From: an uncultured Rhodospirillaceae bacterium
Lineage (GTDB): Bacteria; Pseudomonadota; Alphaproteobacteria; UBA9219
Reading direction: 5' to 3'
Length of the DNA stretch: 64,000 bases
Assembly: GCA_964652235.1 (NCBI GenBank)
Contig: CAZZDK010000009.1
Span: 6,261-70,260, forward strand
Shown: positions 41,793 to 52,306 of the stretch, one piece after another
Layout: each line of letters begins with the position of its first letter
Position numbering within the stretch: the stretch's first letter is position 1
Program-made: the position numbers and the translations under genes
Notes under the pieces: generated by a model
Databases searched by the model: none
Seen by the model: only the letters and a program-made list of their open reading frames with translations
What the model was told of the DNA's origin: nothing

Positions 41793-43253
41793 CTACCCCA
41801 CGCTTCCTTCCAAACTCACGCCGATAAGCTTTTGCGCCTCGACGGCGAACTCCATCGGCAATTCCTTCATGACTTCGCGGCAAAAGCCGTTCACGATCAG
41901 CGCCATCGCCTCCTCGGTCGTCAGGCCGCGCTGATGGCAATAAAACAACTGGTCCTCGCCGATCTTGGAGGTCGTCGCCTCATGCTCGATCCGCGCGGTC
42001 GGGTTGCGCGATTCAAGAACGGGGAACGTATGCGCGCCGCAAGCGTCGCCGATCAGCAAGCTGTCGCATTGCGTCTTGTTGCGCGCGCCATGCGCCGTCC
42101 TCGCCATGCGAACCAGGCCGCGATAGGCGTTTTGGGCGCGGCCCGCGCTGATTCCCTTTGAGATGATCGTCGAGCGCGTGTTTTTTCCCAAATGGATCAT
42201 CTTCGTGCCCGTATCGGCCTGCTGAAAATGATTCGCGATGGCCACGGAATGGAAAGCGCCGGAAGAATGGTCTCCCAGCAAGACGCAGCTCGGGTATTTC
42301 CAAGTGATCGCCGAACCGGTTTCAACCTGCGTCCAGGAAATTTTCGAATGAGCTCCTTTGCACAGGCCGCGCTTGGTTACGAAGTTATAAATCCCGCCGC
42401 GGCCTTCCTTGTCGCCCGGATACCAGTTCTGCACCGTGGCGTATTTGATCTCCGCCCGGTCCAGCGCCACAAGCTCTACCACGGCGGCGTGAAGTTGGTT
42501 CTCGTCGCGGCGCGGCGCCGTGCAGCCCTCCAGATAGCTCACATAAGAATCTTCGTCCGCGACGATCAGCGTCCGCTCGAACTGGCCTGTTCCCGCGGCG
42601 TTAATGCGGAAATAGGTCGAAAGCTCCATGGGGCAACGGACGCCCTTGGGGATATAGACGAACGATCCGTCCGTAAAAACGGCGGCGTTCAAAGCGGCGA
42701 AGAAATTGTCCCCTGCGGGAACGACGGCGCCGAGGTATTTTTTCACCAGCTCCGGATAGAGCCGCACGGCGTCGCCGAGGGAGCAAAAAAGGATGCCCTG
42801 TTTTTCCAGCTCTTTTTTATAGGTCGTCGCGACGGACACGCTGTCGAATACGGCGTCCACCGCGACCCGCGGCGCGACGCCCGCCAGGATTTCCTGTTCC
42901 TTCAAAGGAATGCCCAGCTTTTCGTAGGTCTTGAGAATTTGCGGATCGACCTCTTCAAGGCTTTTCGGCCCTTCTTTTTTCTTCGGCGCCGCGTAATAGC
43001 AAATGTCCTGATAATCGATGGCGGGGTAATCGGCCTTGGCCCAATGAGGCTCTTCCCTTTTTTTCCAAAGCGCGAACGCTTCGAGCCGCCGATCAAGCAG
43101 CCAGTCCGGTTCGTTCTTTTTTTTCGAGATGAAGCGGATCGTTTCTTCAGACAAACCTTTGGGCGCCGTTTCCGTTTCCACTTCCGTGACGAAGCCGTGC
43201 TTATAGACGGAAGCCGAAAGCGCCGTCTCCGGCAAAAAAATCCGCTGAGCCAT
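41793..43253 (-). CDS. sufB: Fe-S cluster assembly protein SufB
   Basis: 486 aa SufB family. Adjacent to sufC. Confidence 0.9.
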   Translation of the reverse strand: MAQRIFLPETALSASVYKHGFVTEVETETAPKGLSEETIRFISKKKNEPDWLLDRRLEAFALWKKREEPHWAKADYPAIDYQDICYYAAPKKKEGPKSLEEVDPQILKTYEKLGIPLKEQEILAGVAPRVAVDAVFDSVSVATTYKKELEKQGILFCSLGDAVRLYPELVKKYLGAVVPAGDNFFAALNAAVFTDGSFVYIPKGVRCPMELSTYFRINAAGTGQFERTLIVADEDSYVSYLEGCTAPRRDENQLHAAVVELVALDRAEIKYATVQNWYPGDKEGRGGIYNFVTKRGLCKGAHSKISWTQVETGSAITWKYPSCVLLGDHSSGAFHSVAIANHFQQADTGTKMIHLGKNTRSTIISKGISAGRAQNAYRGLVRMARTAHGARNKTQCDSLLIGDACGAHTFPVLESRNPTARIEHEATTSKIGEDQLFYCHQRGLTTEEAMALIVNGFCREVMKELPMEFAVEAQKLIGVSLEGSVG

Positions 43254-43262
43254 GCGCCGTTC

Positions 43263-43691
43263 CTATGCCGTTCCCTGAGAAACGGCGAATTCCGAAAGCT
43301 TGACCTTTTCGAGCGATTCCATGACGGACCCGTTGACCCTTTTCCAGTTTTCCTGGATGGGACATACGCCGCCCACGGCGCAATCGCACGTTTTTTTTCC
43401 GACCGCCTTTCCCGCGCATTCGGTCAAAGAGATGGGGCCGTCCACGGCTTCGATGATCTGAACGATGGAAAGCGCCGAAGGATCTTTGATGAACGCATAG
43501 CCGCCCGCCGCGCCGCGCTGCGCGCCGACAATGCCGCCGCGCGCCAGAAGCTTCATGAGTTTCGCAACCGTCGGTAGAGGCAAGGAAGTCGAGGAGGCCA
43601 AAGAGGAGGCCGACCAGTTTTCGCTCGGCGATTCCATCATGTGCGAAAGAATAACAAAGGCGTAATCGGCTAATTTGCTCATGCGCAACAT
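43263..43691 (-). CDS. Rrf2-family transcriptional regulator (IscR/suf regulator type, 3-Cys)
   Basis: wHTH plus CAGKAVGKKTCDCAVGGVCP cysteine cluster. First gene of the suf operon. Confidence 0.8.
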   Translation of the reverse strand: MLRMSKLADYAFVILSHMMESPSENWSASSLASSTSLPLPTVAKLMKLLARGGIVGAQRGAAGGYAFIKDPSALSIVQIIEAVDGPISLTECAGKAVGKKTCDCAVGGVCPIQENWKRVNGSVMESLEKVKLSEFAVSQGTA

Positions 43692-43752
43692 AGGCTTTGC
43701 CCCAAATGGTATTTGTTTGGTCCTTTATGCTTAAGCGCTTCGCGCCTTGCGG

Positions 43753-44901
43753 TCAAGGGATCAAATAAACCAAAAGAGCGTTCAGCTTCCGCCGCCCTTC
43801 CGCTGTGGCGCGTAAAAAAGCGGCGCCCTCTTCCAAGAGCCCCTCCTCCAGGAGAGGTTGTCGTTTTTCTCTCGGTAAAAAGGATTCCATCTCTTCTCCG
43901 AACAAAGCCTTCCATCGGGCCTTTTCTATCCCTTGCGTCAAACGAAGCCCCATCATCAAGGCCTCGATCCGGGCGGCCTGGCCGTCCAGCCTTTCCTCTG
44001 CCATCGCCCCGCGACCTGTCCGTCGCGTTTCCTCCAGCCATTGTTGCGGCTTTTGAATGTTTTCCGTCGCTCGGCGGCCTTCCGGCAGGAAAAAGCGCCC
44101 CTGCGCCCCGGGACCGACGCCGATGTAGTCCCCGTAGGTCCAGTAAGTCAGGTTGTGGCGGCTCTCCTGCCCCGGCGCGGCATGGTTCGAGATTTCATAG
44201 GCGGGCAGTCCGGCTTTTTCGAGGACGGCCTGCGTCTCCTGAAACATTTCCGCCGCCGCTTTTTCTTCCAGATTAAGCGGCTCCTTTTGCGTTTTTTTAT
44301 GAAACGGTGTCCCCGGCTCGATCGTCAATTGATAGAGAGAAAGATGGCGCGGTGCGAAGGAAAGCGCCTCGTTCAGCTCTTCGCGCCAGGCATCGAGCGT
44401 TTGCCCGCGCCACGCGTAAATCAGATCGAAGGAAAAGCGAGCGAAGGTCTCCGCCGCCGCTTCAAGCGCCCGCCGCGCGGCAGACGCGTCGTGCGCGCGG
44501 CCCAGAAAGCGCAACGCCTCGTCGTCGAAAGACTGGACGCCCAAAGAAAGCCGGTTCACTCCCGCAGCCCGAAAAACCCGGAATTTTTCTCTTTCCGAGG
44601 AAGAGGGGTTCGCTTCGAGCGTTATCTCGCAAGCTCTCGCAAGCGGCCAAAGCGTTTTTATCTTTTCAAGAATCGCAGCCACGCTTTCCGGCTTCATAAG
44701 CGAAGGCGTGCCGCCGCCGAAATAAACGGATGTTATTTTCCTGTCCGGCAAAAGAGCGGCATAAAAAGACAGCTCTTTTTGATAGGCCTCGACCCATGTT
44801 TTTTCGTCAAGCGCGTCCGGCAAGGGCTTTGAGTTGAAATCGCAGTACGGGCATTTCGAAACGCAGAAGGGCCAATGGATATAAACGGCGAGCGAGGTCA
44901 T
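43753..44901 (-). CDS. hemW: Radical SAM heme chaperone HemW (HemN-like)
   Basis: [16 protein letters not shown] CxxxCxxC motif. 382 aa. Confidence 0.85.
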   Translation of the reverse strand: MTSLAVYIHWPFCVSKCPYCDFNSKPLPDALDEKTWVEAYQKELSFYAALLPDRKITSVYFGGGTPSLMKPESVAAILEKIKTLWPLARACEITLEANPSSSEREKFRVFRAAGVNRLSLGVQSFDDEALRFLGRAHDASAARRALEAAAETFARFSFDLIYAWRGQTLDAWREELNEALSFAPRHLSLYQLTIEPGTPFHKKTQKEPLNLEEKAAAEMFQETQAVLEKAGLPAYEISNHAAPGQESRHNLTYWTYGDYIGVGPGAQGRFFLPEGRRATENIQKPQQWLEETRRTGRGAMAEERLDGQAARIEALMMGLRLTQGIEKARWKALFGEEMESFLPREKRQPLLEEGLLEEGAAFLRATAEGRRKLNALLVYLIP

Positions 44902-45482
44902 GTCTCAAGCCGCTTTTTCAGCGCTCGCACGGCGCGGCCCCTGTGGCTCTGCGCGTCTTTTTCGGCGGCTTTCATTTCGGCGAAGGTCCGCGTTTCGCCC
45001 GCGGGCTGAAAACAGGGATCGTAACCGTGGCCCTTATCGCCGCGCGGCGGCCAGACGATTGTTCCCTCGCACCGTCCTTCGAAAAGCTCCTCGCGCCCGT
45101 CGGGCCAGACTAAAGCCAAAGCGGCGATGAAAAAGGCCGAGCGATCTTCGTTTTCCGCCAATTCTTCGTGAATCCGGCGCATGGCCTTCATAAAATCTTT
45201 ACCCGGCCCGGCCCACCTCGCGGAATAAATCCCCGGCTCGCCGGAAAGCGCCTTGACGCACAGGCCGCTATCGTCGGCGAGCGCGGGCAGCCTTGAAGCC
45301 TTCGCGGCGGCGCGGGCCTTGATCAGCGCGTTTTCCTGAAACGTCGTTCCCGTCTCTTCCGGCTCCGGCAAGCCCAGCTCGCCCGCCGAGACCATTTCCC
45401 CGACAAAGGGCGACAGCAGGGCCTGAAACTCCCTGAGCTTGCCTTTGTTGTGCGTGGCGATGACAAGGCGCGGAATTTTCAT
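44898..45482 (-). CDS. rdgB: Non-canonical purine NTP pyrophosphatase RdgB/HAM1 (start trimmed to [15 protein letters not shown])
   Basis: [12 protein letters not shown] motif. TGATG overlap with rph stop verified in sequence. Confidence 0.85.
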   Translation of the reverse strand: MKIPRLVIATHNKGKLREFQALLSPFVGEMVSAGELGLPEPEETGTTFQENALIKARAAAKASRLPALADDSGLCVKALSGEPGIYSARWAGPGKDFMKAMRRIHEELAENEDRSAFFIAALALVWPDGREELFEGRCEGTIVWPPRGDKGHGYDPCFQPAGETRTFAEMKAAEKDAQSHRGRAVRALKKRLET

Positions 45483-46201
45483 CAGGCGTTCTCGATGACC
45501 GCCTTTTGGATCGCGGCCAGTTCGCCCGCCCCCTTGCGGGCCAGCGTCAGCAGGGCTTGAAACTGCTCTTCTTCGAAGGGGGCCTGTTCCGCCGTCCCTT
45601 GGATTTCGACGATCTTGCCCGCGCCCGTCAAAACGAAATTCGCGTCCGCCTGGGCCGAGGAATCTTCGGCGTAATCCAAATCCAAAAAGGGCTTTCCCTC
45701 GCAAAGCCCGCAGGAGACGGCCGCCACGCTGTCCAAAAGGGGCAAAGCCGCCAGCCTGCCCGTTTTCCGAAGGTGCTTAAGGGCCAAAGCCAGCGCCACA
45801 TAGCCGCCCGTGATGGAGGCGGTGCGCGTGCCGCCGTCGGCCTGCAACACGTCGCAATCAATCTTGATTTGGATCTCGCCCATGGCCTTGCGATCCACGA
45901 CGGCGCGAAGCGACCGCCCGATGAGGCGCTGAATTTCCTGCGTGCGGCCCGTTTGTTTGCCGCGCGCAGCTTCCCGGTCGGTGCGGTCCTGCGTCGCGCG
46001 AGGCAGCATTCCATATTCGGCCGTTACCCAGCCTAGGCCGCTGCCGCGCATAAAGGGAGGAACTTTTTCGCAAATCGTCGCGGCGCAAAGAACGTGCGTG
46101 TCGCCGCATTTGATAAGACAGGAGCCTTCGGCGTATTTGGCGAAGCCCGGCTCAAGGGAAAGAGAGCGCAATTGATCGAAGGCGCGGCCTGAGGAGCGCA
46201 T
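45482..46201 (-). CDS. rph: Ribonuclease PH (start trimmed to [12 protein letters not shown])
   Basis: RNase PH family. Classic alphaproteobacterial rph-rdgB-hemW order. Confidence 0.9.
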   Translation of the reverse strand: MRSSGRAFDQLRSLSLEPGFAKYAEGSCLIKCGDTHVLCAATICEKVPPFMRGSGLGWVTAEYGMLPRATQDRTDREAARGKQTGRTQEIQRLIGRSLRAVVDRKAMGEIQIKIDCDVLQADGGTRTASITGGYVALALALKHLRKTGRLAALPLLDSVAAVSCGLCEGKPFLDLDYAEDSSAQADANFVLTGAGKIVEIQGTAEQAPFEEEQFQALLTLARKGAGELAAIQKAVIENA

Positions 46202-46668
46202 AAAAAATCCTTTCTTCCGGAAGAACGACGCCCCCCTATAGCACGTCCAGACCTTTTGCGCGAAAAAGTGAAGGGAAACGGAAAGTTTCTTTTTTCGCAC
46301 CTTCTTTTTTTGCCTATAAAGGAAAGCTTAACCTTTTTTAATCATTGAATCTCTTGCAAATATTTTAGCCTTTTGTTTTTGCTTCTTTTTATTGCTTTCA
46401 TGCCGAAATCCTCTTAACATCCTCCTTGGAAATTGGTAGGAACCCAATCGCTTTTGAAGGAATCGTCACAACAAAGGTTTTTTGAGAGGTTTTTATGCTA
46501 GCCCCCCGTCCTGTCAATCCGACCGAATGTTTAGCCGCCTTTGTCGGCGAGGGCATCGTGGCTGTCGTTCTTTTGCATCCAGAGCCGCACCATCCTGATT
46601 CCGTGCAGTTTTTCCGGGATCTTTTCCCGACGCCGAATCCGGCCTGATTTTTATGGCTTTCTCCCAAA

Positions 46669-46700
46669 CGCGCCCCTCCCCCCGGGGGGCGCGTTTTTGT
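46669..46700 (+). terminator. Strong rho-independent terminator (cgcgcccc ... ggggcgcg + TTTTT) in a large AT-rich intergenic region; may end a small ORF (46495-46647, 50 aa) or an sRNA
   Basis: 8-bp GC stem and T-run seen directly. Confidence 0.65.
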
Positions 46701-46789
46701 TCGTTTTTTTCCGATAGATAAAATTTGTCTTAAATGCCCCGGATTCTTGAGAGGATCTTAGGCTTTTTAGGCTTTAATGGGAGCATAGT

Positions 46790-47095
46790 TTGAGGCTTTG
46801 TTTGAGGTGTTTCATGCGACCCCAGCCCCTTGTCCTTCGCGCCCTCGGCGCCGCCAAAGAGGCGACTTTTTCGCGCGGCGGTCTTTTGGGAGAGAATTGG
46901 CCAGACCGCGCCGTTCGTCTTCAAACGGCGGTCCGGCTTGAAGGAAGGTCTTCTTATGCCGATCTGTCGGCCGCATCGGGCGACGCCTTTGCTCTCGCGG
47001 CCAAAGGAGAACTTCCCTCTTACGCGGCGTCAAGGCCGCAAAAGGCCTCTTTTGCTTCCGCGCTTCTCGCCAGGCTGGGGCCGTCGAGAAACTAA
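46790..47095 (+). CDS. Hypothetical protein (101 aa), speculative
   Basis: ORF only. Ends convergent with the HIT gene stop. Confidence 0.2.
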   Translation: MRLCLRCFMRPQPLVLRALGAAKEATFSRGGLLGENWPDRAVRLQTAVRLEGRSSYADLSAASGDAFALAAKGELPSYAASRPQKASFASALLARLGPSRN

Positions 47096-47454
47096 CGTTT
47101 CTCGACCATCCGCCCCAGCGCCGCGCCGCCGAGAATATGCACGTGGTAGTGCGGCACTTCCTGTCCGCCGTTTACGCCGCAGTTTGAGATGAGGCGATAG
47201 CCGCTTTCCTGCAAGCCCAGCATTTCCACCACCTCGCCGAGCGCGCGCATGAACCCGGCGATTTCCTTGTCGCTGGCCTCCCGCGTGAAGGCGAGCTGGT
47301 TTTCGTAGTCGCCCTTGGGAATCACGAGCGCGTGGATCGGCGCCAGCGGGTGAATATCGTGAAACGCGAGGGCAAAATCATCCTCGTAAATTTTCTTGCA
47401 CGGGATTTCCGAGCGCAGAATTTTAGCGAAGATATTATCGGGATCGTAAGCCAT
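47092..47454 (-). CDS. HIT-family (histidine triad) protein
   Basis: HYHVHILGG histidine triad. 120 aa. Confidence 0.85.
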   Translation of the reverse strand: MAYDPDNIFAKILRSEIPCKKIYEDDFALAFHDIHPLAPIHALVIPKGDYENQLAFTREASDKEIAGFMRALGEVVEMLGLQESGYRLISNCGVNGGQEVPHYHVHILGGAALGRMVEKR

Positions 47455-47469
47455 GGCGAAAAGCTCCTT

Positions 47470-47973
47470 TCATTTCGGTTTTTTCAGCAACACATAATAC
47501 GCCCCCTCGCCGCCGTGATGGGGCGCGGCGAAACGAACGGCCCGAACAGCTTCGGCTAAAGGCGACGCTTCGCACCAACGCGGCAGATTGGCCCGAAGAA
47601 CAGATCCGCCGTCCTGGCCTCTGCCCGTGATGACCAGCACGAGTCGCCGGTGAAGTTTTTGTTGTTTTTCGACAAAGGCGGCCAAGGTTTCGTGCGCCTG
47701 CGCTTCGGTTTTGCCGTGAAGGTCCAGCCGGGCCTCGATCACGACGTCGCCCAGGCTTAAATTGCGCTCGACTCGCAAATCGAGCGGCTCGGACTTGGCT
47801 GGCGCGGCGCCGCGCGGCGGAGAAGCCACAGAAATTTGTTCTTTTTCTTCTCTTTCCGGTTTTAACAGGGGCTGCGGCGCTTGGGTCTTTGCGGGGACAA
47901 GCGTTTTTTCTTCGGCCCCTAATTTCCGTACGCCTTTCGTATAGCTTTTCCAAACGTCGTCGTCTTTGGTCAT
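47470..47973 (-). CDS. Smr-domain protein (start trimmed to MTKDDDV; ATGA overlap with mltA stop)
   Basis: Smr motif IEARLDLHGKT...LVLVITGRG. Confidence 0.7.
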   Translation of the reverse strand: MTKDDDVWKSYTKGVRKLGAEEKTLVPAKTQAPQPLLKPEREEKEQISVASPPRGAAPAKSEPLDLRVERNLSLGDVVIEARLDLHGKTEAQAHETLAAFVEKQQKLHRRLVLVITGRGQDGGSVLRANLPRWCEASPLAEAVRAVRFAAPHHGGEGAYYVLLKKPK

Positions 47974-49022
47974 GGGCGGCCCTTCGGCAAAAAAACATAC
48001 CATGTCCCGCGCTCCTGCATAGCGCCCGCTTTTTCCTCGGCCTGGCCGCCCGCGCCCCAGAACAGATCGCCGCGCAAGGGGCCTTTGATCGCCCCGCCCG
48101 CATCCTGCGCGACGGCCAAACGGCGATGTTTTTCCCCCGCGATCCAAACAGGCGCGCCGAACGGAATAAAGGCCGGATCGACGGCCAAAGAACGCCCCGG
48201 CGTCAAAGCGACGCCCTGCGCGCCGACAAGCTCGCCCTCCGGCCTGATTTTGAAAAAGACGACTGAGGGATTGAGGTTCATCGTCTCTTGCTGCCGTGAA
48301 GGATATTTCTCAAGCCATTCGATCATAGCCCCCATCGTCACAGGCCTTTCCAATTCGCCCGTCCGCAGCAGAAAGGCGCCGATATGGCGATAGGGATGGC
48401 CGTTGCGCCCGCCGTAACCGACATGGATCGCGCGTCCGTCCGGCAATAAAATGCGCCCCGACCCCTGCGTTTCGAGGAAAAAGGCCTCCATGGGGGAAGC
48501 GACCCAGGCGACGGGTGTCGCCCTTCCCTTCAGCGATCCGGCGGCGATTTCTTCGCGCGTATCGTAGGGAACGAGTTTGCCTTTCTCGATTTTGCCGAAA
48601 AGTTTTTGGTTTGTTTTGTTTTTGTCAAAAGCGCCGAGATCGACTTCGACCAAATCCTTAGGCCGCCCCCAAAGCGGCGTGCGAAACGGCCCTTCTTTTT
48701 TCAAAGAGCCCTGCAACGTCGCCTCGTAGTAACCCGTGAAAAGGCCGTCACCGATAATTTCATAGGGCGTAAATTGCTTTTCAAGCGCTTCGCGCACGCC
48801 TTTCTCGTCGCCCTCCTTAAGCCCGATCAAAGCGCGGCAGGCCTCGCTTTTTCGAGGGGCGTCCTTCCCGCAGGATTTTTTGAGCGCGGGCAGCGCCTCG
48901 CTGACCTTATCCTCTCTCCAGCCGGGCAGGTCGGCGAAGCTTCGCGCCTCCAGCCCTTCCGGCTCCCCCGCCCCCTGGCACGCGGCCAGAAAAAAGCAGA
49001 CGAGGGCCAAAGCCCCTCTCAT
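47970..49022 (-). CDS. mltA: Murein transglycosylase A (lipoprotein; start trimmed to MRGALALV...LAAC)
   Basis: MltA domain plus C-terminal 3D domain (AQDAGGAIKGPLRGDLFWGAG). Lipobox LAAC. Confidence 0.8.
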   Translation of the reverse strand: MRGALALVCFFLAACQGAGEPEGLEARSFADLPGWREDKVSEALPALKKSCGKDAPRKSEACRALIGLKEGDEKGVREALEKQFTPYEIIGDGLFTGYYEATLQGSLKKEGPFRTPLWGRPKDLVEVDLGAFDKNKTNQKLFGKIEKGKLVPYDTREEIAAGSLKGRATPVAWVASPMEAFFLETQGSGRILLPDGRAIHVGYGGRNGHPYRHIGAFLLRTGELERPVTMGAMIEWLEKYPSRQQETMNLNPSVVFFKIRPEGELVGAQGVALTPGRSLAVDPAFIPFGAPVWIAGEKHRRLAVAQDAGGAIKGPLRGDLFWGAGGQAEEKAGAMQERGTWYVFLPKGRP

Positions 49023-49744
49023 GAACGCGTCTCGACCAATTGCCAGTTGGGATCGGGCGAACGCAGATCGCGCCGGAAAGTCCACAGATCGCGCACTTCC
49101 TCGGCGCGCCCCGGATCGCCGTCGAGAATTTGGCCCGAAGCGTCGCGCAGCACGTTGACCTGATGGCTTACGAACTCGACGGACAGCGTGGCGACGGTAT
49201 TTTCGATTCTGGCCGCGACGATATCCGCCGCCGCAAGCCGCTCCATGCGGTTTTCAAGCGTCTGGCCCGCCGCCTTGCGCGCCTCGATGGCTTTTTCGAA
49301 CGGCCCCCGAACGGCGGGGCCGAGGAAACGGACGACGGGCGATAAATCGCCCGCCGCGAAACATTCCACGATTTTCGCGAAAACGAGCTTCGCGCCGTCT
49401 AGGAATTTTTTCTCATCAAACGTGTGGTCCACCAGCCGGAATTGGTCGAGCGTCCCCGCCAGGGACATCGGCGCATGGCCCTGCGGCGTCAAGACGGAAG
49501 CCGTCGGCGCTGGCCGCGCGCGCCCTTCCAGAATCATCACGTCTTCCTCGTCCGTCGCGGACGGCTTGGTCTCTTTGGGAGAGGCGAACGGATCGGGCCG
49601 CGACGTGTCGTCGGCCTCATCCTCGTCCCTGCGGCCCAGAACGGAGCGCAGCCGCGCGATCACCAAAATCGCGACGACCGCGTAAATGAAAATGTCGAAG
49701 TTTTCCATGAAACGAAGCATAGCCGGGCCCGTCGTAAAGCGCAA
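49019..49744 (-). CDS. Tim44-like domain membrane protein
   Basis: N-terminal TM (IFIYAVVAILVIARL), charged linker, C-terminal Tim44-like fold. ATGA overlap with mltA start. Confidence 0.7.
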   Translation of the reverse strand: MRFTTGPAMLRFMENFDIFIYAVVAILVIARLRSVLGRRDEDEADDTSRPDPFASPKETKPSATDEEDVMILEGRARPAPTASVLTPQGHAPMSLAGTLDQFRLVDHTFDEKKFLDGAKLVFAKIVECFAAGDLSPVVRFLGPAVRGPFEKAIEARKAAGQTLENRMERLAAADIVAARIENTVATLSVEFVSHQVNVLRDASGQILDGDPGRAEEVRDLWTFRRDLRSPDPNWQLVETRS

Positions 49745-49760
49745 TTGGGTCGATGAAGGG

Positions 49761-50423
49761 TTAGGCCGCCATCGCGCGCTTATAATACGCCGTCAGGCTG
49801 TAATTTTCCTTCTGTCCGAACGACCAAGACGCCAAGAATTGATCGATGGGCACGGCCTGTTCCGGTAAAGGCGGCAGTCCCGGATTTTGAAGATAGATGT
49901 TTTGTCCGTCCATGCCGTAAATCAAAACGAAATGCGTGCGCGTCCCCTCGGCCTTGCGCAAAGAGGGTCCGTTCACAAGAACGCTTACATACGCGCCCTC
50001 TTCCAAATGGTTTGCAATATCTCCAAGAACGGCGGGCCGCACTTCTTTTGTGATGTTTTCGTTGCCTTCCGCCCAGCGCATGGCTTCAAGAAGAACGTCA
50101 AGGCTCGGGCTATGTGCCAGCTGATCTTGCATGAACGCCTCGCCGCCGCGCTCGCGCATGTAATCCCAGCCTCGTTCGATAAAAGCGCGATTGTTCCACG
50201 TTGAAACCAAATGCAACCGGCAGCCCGCTTCGATCAGGCTTCGCCAGAACATCAAGCCCCACGTGTATTTGCCCTCTTCTTTATGGACAACACGGTCAAT
50301 GGTCTCGAACGGCCAGTTTTGCTCGGGGAAAAACGTCTCAAGCACCATGCGCCAGCAAGCGGGGCCGCAGCGCGTATCGTCCTCGCTATTGGCGACAAAG
50401 CGAGGAAGAGGCAACCGAACCAT
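49761..50423 (-). CDS. Papain-like cysteine peptidase, C39-like family
   Basis: Catalytic Cys context DTRCGPACWRMVL and His THFVLIYGMDGQNIY. 220 aa. Confidence 0.55.
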   Translation of the reverse strand: MVRLPLPRFVANSEDDTRCGPACWRMVLETFFPEQNWPFETIDRVVHKEEGKYTWGLMFWRSLIEAGCRLHLVSTWNNRAFIERGWDYMRERGGEAFMQDQLAHSPSLDVLLEAMRWAEGNENITKEVRPAVLGDIANHLEEGAYVSVLVNGPSLRKAEGTRTHFVLIYGMDGQNIYLQNPGLPPLPEQAVPIDQFLASWSFGQKENYSLTAYYKRAMAA

Positions 50424-50439
50424 GGGCTGCGCGCTCCCC

Positions 50440-51348
50440 TTATCCCTGCAGCTTCCTGAGCAGCGCGTCGAGTTGATCGAGGTCCGAGTAAAAGACCGTG
50501 AGCGAGCCGGAGGATCCCATTGAGGTGATTTTGACGCGCAGGCCGACGGCGCGCTCCAGTGCGCGCTCCAGCGCCAAAATGTCGGGGTCCGTATTTTGCG
50601 AGGCGCGCGGCTTTTTGGCGAACCGCCCGTCGGACAATTTTTTCGCGAGCGCCTCCGCCTGTCGGACGCTCAGGCCCTTTCGCACGATCTCGCGGGCCAG
50701 CGCTTCGGGGTCCTTCGCCGTCACGATGCAGCGCGCGTGGCCCATCGTAAGCTCGCCTGCGTTGATCATGTTTTTCACGGGTTCGGGCAGCGTCAAAAGA
50801 CGCAAAAGGTTCGTGATATGCGGACGGCTTTTGCCCACGACCTTCGCGAGGCCGTCTTGCGTATGGTGAAACTCTTCCAAAAGCCGCTTATAGCCTTCCG
50901 CCTCTTCGAGCGGCGAAAGATCCTGTCGCTGCACGTTTTCGATAAGGCCGATTTCCATCGCCTCGCGGTCGGAAAAATGGCGCAAAAGAACGGGGACTTC
51001 GTGCAGCCCCGCGATTTGCGCGGCGCGCCAGCGCCGCTCGCCCGCAAGAATTTCGTAGCTGTTTTCTTCGCCCGCGATGGGCCTCACCATGATCGGCAAA
51101 ATAACGCCGCGCTCTTTGATAGAGCGGGCGAGGTCCTGAATGCCTTCTTCGTCGAAACGGCGGCGCGGCTGGTAGGCGCCGGGCTGAATCCATTCGATCG
51201 GAAGCGTCTTCGTCTCTTCCTCGCTTCGCGCGGATCGCGCTTCGGCCCGGACGGGGACCGCGCGTCCGTAGGAAGAATCGGCGTCGCCGAAAAGGGCCGA
51301 AAGACCGCGCCCTAAAGGCGCCGGTTTGCCTGGTGTTTTCACGTTCAT
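50440..51348 (-). CDS. parB: Chromosome partitioning protein ParB
   Basis: ParB box GLIENVQRQDLSPLEEAEGYKRL; HTH. Confidence 0.9.
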   Translation of the reverse strand: MNVKTPGKPAPLGRGLSALFGDADSSYGRAVPVRAEARSARSEEETKTLPIEWIQPGAYQPRRRFDEEGIQDLARSIKERGVILPIMVRPIAGEENSYEILAGERRWRAAQIAGLHEVPVLLRHFSDREAMEIGLIENVQRQDLSPLEEAEGYKRLLEEFHHTQDGLAKVVGKSRPHITNLLRLLTLPEPVKNMINAGELTMGHARCIVTAKDPEALAREIVRKGLSVRQAEALAKKLSDGRFAKKPRASQNTDPDILALERALERAVGLRVKITSMGSSGSLTVFYSDLDQLDALLRKLQG

Positions 51349-52214
51349 GCGTCCGTCCCCGTTTGTTTCATGCTTATTTTGATCCCTTCGCTTCGCAATT
51401 CCTCACGGCGCAAAACCTCGCTCGCCAAATGCAGATAGGCGTTGCTGCCCGAACATTTCAGGTCGTAAAGCAAAACCGGTTTCCCGTGGGACGGCGCCTC
51501 GGAAACACGCACATTGCGCGGAATGGACGTCTCATAAACTAAGTCGCCGAAAAAGGCGCGAACGTCTTGAGCGACAGCGTCCGACAAGCTATTGCGTTTA
51601 TCGAACATGGTAAGCACAACACCTTGTATTTCTAGCGAGGGATTGAATCGTGCCCGAACCGCGTCGATCGTCTGCAAAAGGCTGCTCATGCCCTCCAGCG
51701 CATAGAACTCGACCTGCAAGGGCACGAGCAATCCGTCCGCCGCCACCAGTGCGTTGAGCGTAATGAGGTTGAGCGAGGGCGGACAGTCGATCAAAATAAA
51801 ATCGTAATCCTTGGCGCTGCGCTCCAACGCGTCGCGCATACGGGATTCGCGGCGCTCGGTATTGACAAGCTGAATTTCCGCGCCCGCAAGGTCCGCCGAC
51901 GAGGTGATGATCGAAAGATTGGGAATGGGCGTCGCGCGAACCACGTCTTCGACGGACAGGCCGTCGAACATCAATTCATAAGCCCCCGCGCCGCGCTCGG
52001 CGCGGGAAATGCCGAACCCCGTCGAAGCGTTGCCCTGCGGGTCGGCGTCCACGATCAAAACGCGCTTGCCGACCGCCGCCATGGCGGTGGCGAGATTCAC
52101 GGCGGTGGTGGTTTTGCCCACGCCGCCTTTCTGGTTCACGATGGCGATGACGCGGCACCCGCAGGCGTAGCCGCCGGAGGGGGGAGGATTATTTATGTTT
52201 TCGTTTGGCGTCAT
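51345..52214 (-). CDS. parA: Chromosome partitioning ATPase ParA
   Basis: Deviant Walker A IAIVNQKGGVGKTTTAVNLA. Confidence 0.9.
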   Translation of the reverse strand: MTPNENINNPPPSGGYACGCRVIAIVNQKGGVGKTTTAVNLATAMAAVGKRVLIVDADPQGNASTGFGISRAERGAGAYELMFDGLSVEDVVRATPIPNLSIITSSADLAGAEIQLVNTERRESRMRDALERSAKDYDFILIDCPPSLNLITLNALVAADGLLVPLQVEFYALEGMSSLLQTIDAVRARFNPSLEIQGVVLTMFDKRNSLSDAVAQDVRAFFGDLVYETSIPRNVRVSEAPSHGKPVLLYDLKCSGSNAYLHLASEVLRREELRSEGIKISMKQTGTDA

Positions 52215-52306
52215 GCCGAACCTTTATGCGCGGGGAATTGGAGAATCCCCAATGCTGCTTGACTTCACTCGCTCCGCGCCTCGCGTTTCGTTTGCCGGAC
52301 TTCGCC

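Noticed and set aside
44898-46300. Extended N-termini of the rdgB and rph ORFs (268 and 272 aa)
   Set aside because: Extensions are Arg/Gly-rich and overlap upstream genes. Trimmed to the conserved N-termini, where TGATG/ATGA stop-start overlaps are verified in the sequence.
46398-46667. 89-aa minus-strand ORF in the AT-rich spacer upstream of rph
   Set aside because: Runs antisense through the terminator hairpin; composition untypical.
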